A stretch of DNA of 64,000 bases from Phycisphaeraceae bacterium (GTDB lineage Bacteria > Planctomycetota > Phycisphaerae > Phycisphaerales > Phycisphaeraceae). Below are positions 48,333 to 56,815 of the stretch, piece after piece. Position numbers and translations under genes: made by a program. Location of the stretch: positions 1,376,001 through 1,440,000 of the forward strand of contig OY771506.1 of NCBI GenBank assembly GCA_963674705.1, in the 5' to 3' direction. The notes beneath the pieces were generated by a model, which did not search any database, was not told the DNA's origin, and saw only the letters and a program-made list of their open reading frames with translations. How positions within the stretch are numbered: the first letter of the stretch is position 1; every line of letters starts with the position of its first letter.

Positions 48333-49325
48333 TTAGTCGGTGAGGGTGGTGGGATCGGGGCGGAAGAGCTTGGTGTCGAGCGCCCAGATTTTTTCGGTGA
48401 AGTCGCCGCCGAGGTCGGTGGGTTTGCCGTCATCGTTGCGTGCGGCGCTGATAGCCATGTTCATCTTGGCGTCCAGGTTATCGAGGATGCTGATGGCGAT
48501 GGCTTCGGGTGTGGCGGGGATCTTCACCGCGCCGAACTCGGGGACGCCGTGGTGCGAAAGGATGATGTGCATGAGCACGCGGAGGATGGGCGTGGGGATC
48601 GTGACATCGAACTCTTCGCAGGCCTTGGCTTTGGCTTCGAGGATAAGTGCGCCGCGGGCGATGTGGCCGATGAGTTGGCCGTCCTCGGAGTAGCCGAAGC
48701 CGTTTTCCCAGGTCAGTTCCTCGCACTTGCCCAGGTCGTGCAGGAACAGGCCGAACATGATGATGTCGCGGTTGAGTTTGGGATAGAGCGGGCAGAAAGC
48801 GTTGGCGAGTTTCATCAGGCCCAGCGTGTGTTCAAGCAGCCCGCCGAGGTAGGCATGGTGCAGGGTCATGGCGGCGGGCGCTTTGCAGAACTTGTCCATC
48901 AGCTGGCCGTCTTCAAGGTAGCGGTTGGCCAGCTCTTTGATGGCGGGATTCTCCAGCGACTGCAGGAAGCTGAGCACCTCGGAGAACATCTGGTCGATGT
49001 CGTACTCGGTCGAGGGCAGCAGGTCGACGAGGTCAGAAGCGCTGGGCTCGTAGGGGCGGATGTCGTGGATGATGATCTGCATCTCGCCCTGATAGGGTTG
49101 TGTTTGCCCGGCGATCCAGACGAAGCCGTCGGTGGGCAGTGTCTGGAACTGTTCTTCGGAGGTGTTCCACATCCTGCCGGGGGTCCTGCCGGTCTTGTCA
49201 GCGAGCAGGCACTTGATGAAGGGCTTGCCGTTCTTGGTCTTGCCGAGTTGGCAGTTTTGGACGGCGAAAACACCGTCGATGTTCTGTGCGGCTTGTAAGT
49301 CACGGATATAAATGCGCTCGGGCAC
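48333..49325 (-). CDS. YhaM/Cbf-family OB-HD 3'-5' exoribonuclease
   Basis: OB fold N-terminus, PAAMTLHHAYLGGLLEHT, LHDLGK, ILSHHG, DNLDAK. Confidence 0.88.
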   Translation of the reverse strand: MPERIYIRDLQAAQNIDGVFAVQNCQLGKTKNGKPFIKCLLADKTGRTPGRMWNTSEEQFQTLPTDGFVWIAGQTQPYQGEMQIIIHDIRPYEPSASDLVDLLPSTEYDIDQMFSEVLSFLQSLENPAIKELANRYLEDGQLMDKFCKAPAAMTLHHAYLGGLLEHTLGLMKLANAFCPLYPKLNRDIIMFGLFLHDLGKCEELTWENGFGYSEDGQLIGHIARGALILEAKAKACEEFDVTIPTPILRVLMHIILSHHGVPEFGAVKIPATPEAIAISILDNLDAKMNMAISAARNDDGKPTDLGGDFTEKIWALDTKLFRPDPTTLTD

Positions 49326-49559
49326 GGGCGAATCCTTCCGAAAACGGGGTTTATCAGCGAATTAAGCATGATAGCTGTTTAGCGGGTGGCTTGCCCGGAG
49401 GGGAAGGGATGTGTAACCACAGAGGCACAGAGGGCACAGAGAAGAGCTGTAGGTGAGGTATCCGCGGATTGCGGGAAGGTTGCAGATTGGAGGTATACGG
49501 CGCGCAAGCTGGCAGCTTGCGGCTATGGGGGCACGAGGGTGGAATTTGTCCGGCTTGCG

Positions 49560-49958
49560 TTATTTATCAATCGCATATGCGACCCAGCCGTTCGCCAGGG
49601 CGATTAATTCGATCGCGACAACCGTAATAAGCACGGCGGGTTGTGACGTGGGGCTTTCAGATGCGAGAATGGCCAGAAGTGCTATTCCCCAGCCAATCAT
49701 AAAAAAGGCTGAAGATAAGCCAAGAAAGATCGTGTAGTGGAGGCGGAAGTTTTTCTTTTTCGCGGCGACAAACACTCCCCATCCGACATATACGGATACG
49801 ATAATTCCACCCACAATGATGTCAAAGAGATCGAGGGTGTTGTCGTTGAGAATAATCCCCGCCACATCCACCAGGAGAATAGCGCCTGCGATACTCAATG
49901 CTGACAGCCGGGCATATCTGTGCTGAACGCGGTTAATACCCTCTGAGGCAAGATCCAT
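49560..49958 (-). CDS. Small four-TM hypothetical membrane protein, low GC
   Basis: Four hydrophobic segments; 3' end conserved in frame in a second copy. Confidence 0.55.
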   Translation of the reverse strand: MDLASEGINRVQHRYARLSALSIAGAILLVDVAGIILNDNTLDLFDIIVGGIIVSVYVGWGVFVAAKKKNFRLHYTIFLGLSSAFFMIGWGIALLAILASESPTSQPAVLITVVAIELIALANGWVAYAIDK

Positions 49959-50226
49959 GGAAGTACCCTCGGGGATAAGATGATGCACTGAATCATCTCT
50001 ATATGGGCTGAAGTGGTCAAGCGAGTTAATAAACTCCTGGTTGGGGGTGAAGATTCAACCGCGGAGCACGCAGAGGGCGCAGAGAGGAGAAGGCGGGTTG
50101 GGATAGAACCACAGAGGCGAGGAGGCACGGAGATGCAAAAGCACAGGGAAGATAAGCAGCGATGGTAAGAAGCGGGCGGAGGTATCTGTAGATCGGACGG
50201 CCGCGCACGGTGGCGATACGCTATGA

Positions 50227-50255
50227 GACATCTAATATAAGTTATATTAGATGTC
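50227..50255. repeat. 29-bp AT-rich palindrome, copy 1
   Basis: GACATCTAATATAA-G-TTATATTAGATGTC. Confidence 0.95.
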
Positions 50256-50500
50256 CATTGTGCGGGGCTCAGGGGGTTTTGAACCATGGAGACCTTTGGC
50301 CGACGAGGCGACGAGGCGACGAGGCGGCGGGGGGCCGGGGGACCCGCGCCGAACGCAGGTCGGCAGGGGGTGGTATCCCGCGTCCAGCGCAGTGGGGTTT
50401 GGTGGGGTTTCAACCGTGGAGGGCGCGGGGGGCGAGGAGAAGAGTTGGAGGGGGGCAAGGCGATCGTGGATCAGGCGGTTGTGTATGCTGGTTGTTAGCC

Positions 50501-50537
50501 AAAAGACATCTAATATAAGTTATATTAGATGTCTTTT
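50501..50537. repeat. Same palindrome, copy 2 (extends to 37 bp)
   Basis: AAAA-GACATCTAATATAA-G-TTATATTAGATGTC-TTTT. Confidence 0.95.
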
Positions 50538-50834
50538 CCTTGGGGATCGGTGGGGCCTTGGGCTACTGGGTAAAGGCCTTGAACCGTGGAGACCTTCGGT
50601 CTCGGATCTCGATATTGACCTGCACACGCACAATCAACGAATACCTCGCCGCCTGTTCTTCTCTGCGCCCTCAGCGAACTCTGCGGTTGAAATCCCACCG
50701 TCTCCGATGAAGTGCGGGGCTTCGGTCGGCGGGGTCGGCAGACCCGCGCCGAGCGCGGGAATTGTGGGTTGTTGGTTCGCGAGCTGGCAGCTCGCGGCTA
50801 TTGGGGCGCGAGGGTGGAATTTGTTCGGCTTGTG

Positions 50835-50915
50835 TTATTTATCAATCGCATATGCGGCCCAGCGGGTCGCCAGGGCGAGTAATTCGATCGCAACAACCGC
50901 GATCACAAGTGCGGC
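50835..50915 (-). pseudogene. Diverged orphan copy of the 3' end of 49560..49958
   Basis: Encodes AALVIAVVAIELLALATRWAAYAIDK* versus AVLITVVAIELIALANGWVAYAIDK*. Confidence 0.7.
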
Positions 50916-51107
50916 GCGCTGTTGGAACGGAGGGGATTCGGCCGCAGAGTTCGCTGAGGGCGCAGAGCAGAGCGGGCGGTGAGGTTTCCGCAGATTGCGC
51001 AGATGTTGCAGATTAGAGGGCGCGCGAGCTGGCAGCTCATGGCTGGGGGTGTGGGTTGGTTGTATGTGACGACTTTTGGGGTGCTGATTATTGGGTACGA
51101 TATATGT

Positions 51108-53291
51108 ATGAACACTTTCTATACACGATCGGCTTGTGGTTTGGTTTTCTTACTCGTTGGGATGCTCGGCTTGCCTGTTTTGGGGCAGGACGAGGTGGAG
51201 GGGCCGGACACGTTGTTTTTGACGTGGTTCAAGGACCCGACGACTTCGATGGTGGTGCAGTATCTGGAAGAAGGCGATCCGATCCCGTTGGTTGAGGGGG
51301 CGAGCGATGAGGTGCCGGCGTTTGATGTGCCGCGCGTCAGTGGGATTGAGATCGATGGGCGGGCGGGCGACTGGGGGGGGCGTGGGTTTGATCCGGGGAT
51401 GATGCGTGATGAACGAGGCATGGTGTTCGCTACGGACGATGCGAGCGCGAAAGCGAGGATCGGCTGGGACGAGCGTGGTTTGTTATTGATGATTCGGGTG
51501 AAGGATGACTCGGCGCTTGAGTCGGATGATATCGAATCGCTGTGGGCGGGTGACTCGATCGAGTGTTTTATCGGCAAGGCAGTGGGTTCGGACCAGCGTT
51601 ACCAGGCGTTGATCGCGCCGGGTGCGGATACGAAGCAAGCGGCGACGCGTCAGTGGCAATACGACTATCGCAAGCAGCGCGTGAATGAGCTTGCGTATAA
51701 GGCGGCGAGCAGCATGACGGAAGATGGGTATGTGATAGAGGTACTGCTACCTTGGCGGAACCTTGGTGTTGATGAGGGTGGGCCTAAGGCTGGGGACACG
51801 TTCGGGTTTCAGTTTTACGTGAATGATCTGGATGTTGAACAAGACATGCAGACACTGGTTTGGTTCCGGGCCCACGATGCGCATGAGAATCCGGATTCGA
51901 TGTACAGCCTGAGGCTGGTGGGCGAGGGTGAACCGAGCGGCAAGCCGGTGCGTGCTTGGGCAAGGATCAACCGAATCATTGATAAAGGGTTTGGTACAGA
52001 GATGCCTGTAGCTTCCATGTATGTGATCGCGGATGACGCGTTGGCAGGCAAGACGCTTGTTGCGAAGTGCGGCGGTGAAGAGATCGGGCGGGCGATTGTA
52101 GGAAACCTCGGGGATTTGACGGGCGTTGATTTCTCTCTGAAGCAGCCGGCCGAAGGCGAGCGTTGGGGGACGATCACTGTTGAGATGGATGGTGAAGTGT
52201 TGGCATACGCGACGATCCCGGCGTGGATGAAGACTCGGAAGCCGGAGGCGCGCGTGGCGCAGCTATGGGGCGCGAATGGGGGCGATGTTGTTGATAAGAC
52301 GCGGGCGAAGGATGTGCCGGGCAGCGTCTGGACGTTTGATGAAGAGATGGGCCTGTATGTGCATCGTTTTGAGTTTGAAGGTTTGAAGCCGGCGGGTGAA
52401 TATCAGTTCACGATCGATGGTTTGCTGATGAACCCGTTGCGTTTCCGCACGGCGCCTGTTGAAGTGGATGGGCCTTTCGTGTTTGCCGAGGGCGGTGATG
52501 TGGGATGGGGGGCAAACGTTGCGCCGCTGCACAAGATCGCGGCGAGCTGGGAGCCTTGGTTTGGCTTCATCGGTGGCGACTGCGCGTATGCGAATGGTCG
52601 GACGCCGGAGAGTTGGGTGAAGTATCTGCGGCTCTGGCGTGAGAACATGGTGGATCCGCAAGGCCGGCTGATCCCGATGGTTTGTGCGATCGGCAACCAC
52701 GAGGTGGATGGTTCGTACGGGCAGCCGCGCAGCAGATCGCCTTACTTCCTGACGCTGTTTAGCGGGCTGTATCCGGAGGTGTCGTACGCGACGATGGACT
52801 TCGGGGACTACCTGTCATTTGTGTTATTGGATTCGGGGCATCTTGAATCACATGAGTCGCAGGTGGATTGGTTGAAGCAGGTGCTGGCGGCGCGGCAGGA
52901 TGTGCCGCATTTGTTTACGGCGTATCACGTGCCGGCGTATCCATCGCATCGTGATTTTGATGGCAAGTACAGCGAGCTGGCGCGGCGGTACTGGGTGCCG
53001 GTGTTTGAGGAATACGGCGTGGATGTTTCGTTCGAGCATCACGACCACACGTACAAGCGGACGCACGTGATGAAAGGCGGGAAGCCTGATGCGGACGGTG
53101 TGTTGTATATGGGCGATGGCGCGTGGGGCCAGAAGCCGCGCGAGGTGGCGACGCCGGAGGAAAGGCCTTATTTGGTCAAGAGCGCGTCGGCATCGCATGT
53201 GATCCGTGTGACGCTGGATGGGGATAAGCGAAGCTTCGTGGCAGTGGATGTGGATGGGAACGTGATCGATCGGTATCCGGAAGAAGATTAA
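51108..53291 (+). CDS. Exported purple-acid-phosphatase-type metallophosphoesterase with CBM9-like domain
   Basis: GGDVG, GGDCAY, GNHE, YHVP, EHHDH motifs; IDGRAGDW...GDSIE...YVIEVLLPW CBM9-like segment. Confidence 0.8.
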   Translation: MNTFYTRSACGLVFLLVGMLGLPVLGQDEVEGPDTLFLTWFKDPTTSMVVQYLEEGDPIPLVEGASDEVPAFDVPRVSGIEIDGRAGDWGGRGFDPGMMRDERGMVFATDDASAKARIGWDERGLLLMIRVKDDSALESDDIESLWAGDSIECFIGKAVGSDQRYQALIAPGADTKQAATRQWQYDYRKQRVNELAYKAASSMTEDGYVIEVLLPWRNLGVDEGGPKAGDTFGFQFYVNDLDVEQDMQTLVWFRAHDAHENPDSMYSLRLVGEGEPSGKPVRAWARINRIIDKGFGTEMPVASMYVIADDALAGKTLVAKCGGEEIGRAIVGNLGDLTGVDFSLKQPAEGERWGTITVEMDGEVLAYATIPAWMKTRKPEARVAQLWGANGGDVVDKTRAKDVPGSVWTFDEEMGLYVHRFEFEGLKPAGEYQFTIDGLLMNPLRFRTAPVEVDGPFVFAEGGDVGWGANVAPLHKIAASWEPWFGFIGGDCAYANGRTPESWVKYLRLWRENMVDPQGRLIPMVCAIGNHEVDGSYGQPRSRSPYFLTLFSGLYPEVSYATMDFGDYLSFVLLDSGHLESHESQVDWLKQVLAARQDVPHLFTAYHVPAYPSHRDFDGKYSELARRYWVPVFEEYGVDVSFEHHDHTYKRTHVMKGGKPDADGVLYMGDGAWGQKPREVATPEERPYLVKSASASHVIRVTLDGDKRSFVAVDVDGNVIDRYPEED

Positions 53292-53361
53292 TCAACTGGG
53301 TGCAGATATTAAGCGAAGCGGAGGCGCGCGAGCCGGCGGCTCTCGGCTAATGGTCTAATTA

Positions 53362-53601
53362 TTAGTCGGGGATCTGGTCGGCGAATTTTTGTTTGAACTC
53401 GTCGAGGTTGGCGATGCCATCGGGCATGGCGGCTTCGTCGATGAGCAGGATGGGGATGCCATCGCGGATGGGGTATCGCAGGCCGCCGACCTGGCCGACG
53501 AGTTCATCGCCATTTTGTTCGAGTGGGGAGCGCGTCAGGGGGCAACGCATGATCTTGAGAACTTGCGGGTCGATGGAGTTGGTGTTGGACATGGGGGGCA
53601 T
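53362..53601 (-). CDS. Trm112-like protein
   Basis: MRCPLTRSPL...YPIRDGIPILLIDEA. Confidence 0.8.
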   Translation of the reverse strand: MPPMSNTNSIDPQVLKIMRCPLTRSPLEQNGDELVGQVGGLRYPIRDGIPILLIDEAAMPDGIANLDEFKQKFADQIPD

Positions 53602-53692
53602 GATAGCAATTCTGTTTTGCTTTAGCCGCGAATGAACGCAAATGGACGCGAATGAGGGGGAGGGGGAAGCAGAAAGGCAGAAAATAAAATCC

Positions 53693-53762
53693 GATACCCG
53701 ATACCCGATACCCGATACCCGATACCCGATACCCGATACCCGATACCCGATACCCGATACCC
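53693..53762 (+). repeat. (GATACCC)x10 heptamer array within a composite element (53622-53810)
   Basis: Ten perfect copies, preceded by a GCAGAAAAT arm and followed by the core hairpin. Confidence 0.95.
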
Positions 53763-53824
53763 GAAAACCACCCGGACCTTCGCAGCGCTCAGGACCGGCG
53801 TTGGGGGGGGGAAGATGTGTGTGT

Positions 53825-55159
53825 TTAGTTGGAGTTGCTGATGCGTTGGATGTCGGCGCCGAGGGATTGGAGGGTGAGTTCCATGCGTTCGTATCCGCGG
53901 TCGAGGTGGTAGACGCGGTTGATGGTGGTGGTGCCTTTGGCGGCGAGTCCTGCGAGGACGAGGCCGGCGGAGGCGCGGAGGTCGGAGGCCATGACTGGTG
54001 CGCCGATGAGTTGTTTGACGCCGGTGACGACGACGCTTGGGCCGTTGCGTGTGAGGTTAGCGCCCATGCGCAGCAGTTCCGCGACGTGCAGGAAGCGGTC
54101 GGGGAAGATTTTTTCGGTAATCGAGCTGTTGCCGTCCGCCAGGCAGAGCAGGGACATGATCTGGGCTTGCAGGTCGGTGGGGAAGCCGGGGTGCGGTTGG
54201 GTGAAGACCTGCACGGGTTTCAGTCCGTTGGGCACGTTGATGGTTACTGCACCGCGGTGGCGGTCAAATGCCCCGGAAGTTTTGTCTGAATCCGCGACAG
54301 GCGCGACCTCGACGCCGATGGCATGCAGGCGGTCTAGCGCTGCGCCGAGGGCGTCGGTTGGGAAGTTTTCAAGCGTGATCTTGCTACGTGTGATTGCGGC
54401 GGCGAAGACGTACGTGCCTGCCTCGATTCGGTCGGGGATGATGCAGTGGTCGGTGCCGTTGAGTTCATCAATGCCGTCGATGATCAGCCGTGGTGAGCCC
54501 GCACCCTGGATCTTGGCGCCCATCTTGATGAGCATGTGGGCGAGGTCTTCGATTTCCGGTTCGCAGGCGGCGGACTCGATGATGGTCTGTCCCTTGGCGA
54601 GCGTGGCGGCACACATGACGTTGGCGGTGCCCAGGACGGTGGAGCCGGATGGTCCGCCGAGGAAGACGTGAGCGCCGATCAGTTTCTTGTCAGGTCCCGG
54701 TGCGACGGCGACGATATCGCCTGCATCGAGTGAGATTTCAGCGCCGAGGGCTTTGAGGCCGCGCAGGTGCAGGTCGACGGGGCGGTCGCCGATCGCGCAG
54801 CCGCCGGGCATGGAGACGCGGGCTTTACCACGTTTAGCGAGCACGGGCCCGAGCACGCAGATGCCTGCCCGCATGGTTTTGACGATCTCGTAAGGCGCCT
54901 CGGTCAGCGAAGGATCGGTCGCATGGAGCGTGAGGGTTCGGCTGACCGGTTCGTCGCCGACGTGTTCGACGGTGCAGCCGAGGGTCGCCAGCAGGCGTTT
55001 CATGTTGCGGATATCGGAGAGATCGGGCACGTCGTGCAGCGTCAGGGGCTGATCGGTGAGTAGTGCCGCGGCCATGAGAGGGAGGCTGGCGTTCTTCGAG
55101 CCGTGCACGCGGACCGTGCCTTTGAGTTCTCGCCCGCCGTTGATGATGAATGAATCCAT
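53825..55159 (-). CDS. murA: UDP-N-acetylglucosamine 1-carboxyvinyltransferase
   Basis: GSKNASLP, PGGCAIGDRP, PDRIEAGT, PGFPTDLQ, DLRA, HLDRGYE. Confidence 0.97.
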   Translation of the reverse strand: MDSFIINGGRELKGTVRVHGSKNASLPLMAAALLTDQPLTLHDVPDLSDIRNMKRLLATLGCTVEHVGDEPVSRTLTLHATDPSLTEAPYEIVKTMRAGICVLGPVLAKRGKARVSMPGGCAIGDRPVDLHLRGLKALGAEISLDAGDIVAVAPGPDKKLIGAHVFLGGPSGSTVLGTANVMCAATLAKGQTIIESAACEPEIEDLAHMLIKMGAKIQGAGSPRLIIDGIDELNGTDHCIIPDRIEAGTYVFAAAITRSKITLENFPTDALGAALDRLHAIGVEVAPVADSDKTSGAFDRHRGAVTINVPNGLKPVQVFTQPHPGFPTDLQAQIMSLLCLADGNSSITEKIFPDRFLHVAELLRMGANLTRNGPSVVVTGVKQLIGAPVMASDLRASAGLVLAGLAAKGTTTINRVYHLDRGYERMELTLQSLGADIQRISNSN

Positions 55160-55162
55160 GGA

Positions 55163-55350
55163 TCGGGTATCGTGTTTCGGGTGTCGGGTATCGGCCTGTT
55201 TGCTGATGGTACAAGACAGGGCGTGTATGTCATGGTACAACGTGACCGATGTAGCTGTACACGTTGTATCGGTTGATTGACGTATTTGGCCTGACCTTTG
55301 AAGCTTGATCTCCGATACCCGATACCCGAACCCCGAACCCCGATACCCGA
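55163..55350. repeat. Inverted GATACCC arms bracketing the murA/apt divergent promoter region
   Basis: Arms at 55163-55194 (-) and 55312-55350 (+). Confidence 0.8.
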
Positions 55351-55360
55351 ACTTACACCT

Positions 55361-55885
55361 ATGAACCTAGACGCCCTCATCCGTAACGTGCCGGACTGGC
55401 CCAAGCCCGGGATCCAATTTAAAGACATCACCCCGCTACTGCGTGACCCGGCCGGGCTGGCGATGGCGGTGGAGTTGATGGCCAGCCCCTGGCGGGGCAA
55501 AGGCGTGGACCTGGTCTGCGGCGCGGAGAGCCGGGGCTTCATCTTCGGAACGGCGATCGCGCAGGCGCTGTCCGCTGGTTTCGTGCCGATCCGCAAGCCC
55601 AACAAGCTGCCTGCCCAGACGCATTCGATCAGCTACGATCTGGAGTACGGCACGGACACGCTGGAGATCCACACCGATTCCGTCGTCGAGGGCCAGCGTG
55701 TATTAATGGTCGACGACCTGCTGGCGACCGGCGGGACGATGAAAGCCAGTTGCGACCTGGTCAAGAAGATGGGCGGCAACATCGTGGGCATTACGGTCCT
55801 GATCGAGCTTGGCTTTTTGCCCGGCCGCGAATTGGTCGGCGAACATGGATCGGTGCACGCGGTGCTGACCTATGATTCGGAATAA
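55361..55885 (+). CDS. apt: Adenine phosphoribosyltransferase
   Basis: PDWPKPGIQFKDIT, ESRGF, LEYG, VDDLLATGGT. Confidence 0.96.
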   Translation: MNLDALIRNVPDWPKPGIQFKDITPLLRDPAGLAMAVELMASPWRGKGVDLVCGAESRGFIFGTAIAQALSAGFVPIRKPNKLPAQTHSISYDLEYGTDTLEIHTDSVVEGQRVLMVDDLLATGGTMKASCDLVKKMGGNIVGITVLIELGFLPGRELVGEHGSVHAVLTYDSE

Positions 55886-55955
55886 TGGGTTGGTCGCCTG
55901 CGGTGACCGTTAGATCGTTTAACAACTGAACACGCCCCGCGTGGGGTTTGCATAG

Positions 55956-56807
55956 GTGTCTGAAGAATCCAAGTCACATCCTGTCAACCGTGCGTATGCC
56001 GGCTACTGGGAACGCGCCCAGTGGCCGTTGCAGGGGCTGTACTTCTTGATGCCCCTGCTGGTGTTGTACGAGTTGGGCACGTGGTGGCAGGCACCGGCTG
56101 GCGGTGATCGATTGCCTCCGAACCTGGCGGAATCGCTGCTGGGTCTGGGCTTTGAACAGCTAGGCGTGACGGGTGTGTATCTGCCGGCGATCATCGTCGT
56201 TGTCGTGCTGTCCTGCATGCACCTGGTTCGGCGGGACCCGTGGAAGCCTGAGTTGAAGTTGCACGCGGTGATGTGGGTTGAAGCGTTTGCGTGGTCGTTG
56301 CCGTTATTCGTATTCATGCTGGTGCTGGTGCGTGAGTTTGCGGAGCAAACGGGCGGCGTCACCTCATCGGGCGGGGCATTACAGGTGCTGGCGAACGCGG
56401 CATCGAGCGATACTTCGCCGTTCACATGGCAGGACAAGCTGGTTTTCAGTGTCGGGGCGGGGATCTATGAAGAGTTGCTGTTCAGGCTGATCGGGATCGC
56501 GTTATTGCACATGCTGCTGGTGGACGTGCTCGCTTTACCGGAGAAGTATGGCGGGGCCGGTGCGGTGGTCATCACGACGGTGGCGTTTGCGCTGTATCAC
56601 TTTTTAAGATCGTCTTCCAGCTCGATGGTGGGCTTTTCGCTGGAAACATTGGACTGGGGCCGGTTCGCGTTTTACATGCTGGCCGGGTTTTACCTGGCGA
56701 CGATCTACCTGCTGCGCGGTTTCGGATTGGTGGTCGGCGCACACGCGCTGTTCGACGTGATGGTAGTCACACATAACGAATTGATCGCGCGGGCGGCAGC
56801 GGGATAA
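55956..56807 (+). CDS. CPBP (Abi/CAAX) family intramembrane protease
   Basis: EELLFR, FALYH, HALFD motifs; multiple TM helices. Confidence 0.85.
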   Translation: MSEESKSHPVNRAYAGYWERAQWPLQGLYFLMPLLVLYELGTWWQAPAGGDRLPPNLAESLLGLGFEQLGVTGVYLPAIIVVVVLSCMHLVRRDPWKPELKLHAVMWVEAFAWSLPLFVFMLVLVREFAEQTGGVTSSGGALQVLANAASSDTSPFTWQDKLVFSVGAGIYEELLFRLIGIALLHMLLVDVLALPEKYGGAGAVVITTVAFALYHFLRSSSSSMVGFSLETLDWGRFAFYMLAGFYLATIYLLRGFGLVVGAHALFDVMVVTHNELIARAAAG

Positions 56808-56815
56808 CGGTTTGA

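Larger units (their letters stand above)
49412..51050. repeat. Repeat-dense accessory block with 9-mer arms, REP hairpins, palindromes and internal duplications
   Basis: 49503-49640 resembles 50778-50915; 49425-49530 resembles 50955-51050. Confidence 0.8.

Noticed and set aside
49560..50915. DGR template/variable repeat pair (prompted by the Avd-like gene)
   Set aside because: Mismatches include G/C and T/C changes rather than being adenine-specific; no reverse transcriptase in the window
50251..50982. 243-aa + strand ORF and 49895..50458 - strand ORF
   Set aside because: They run through palindromes and REP modules, have low-complexity translations and no recognisable motif
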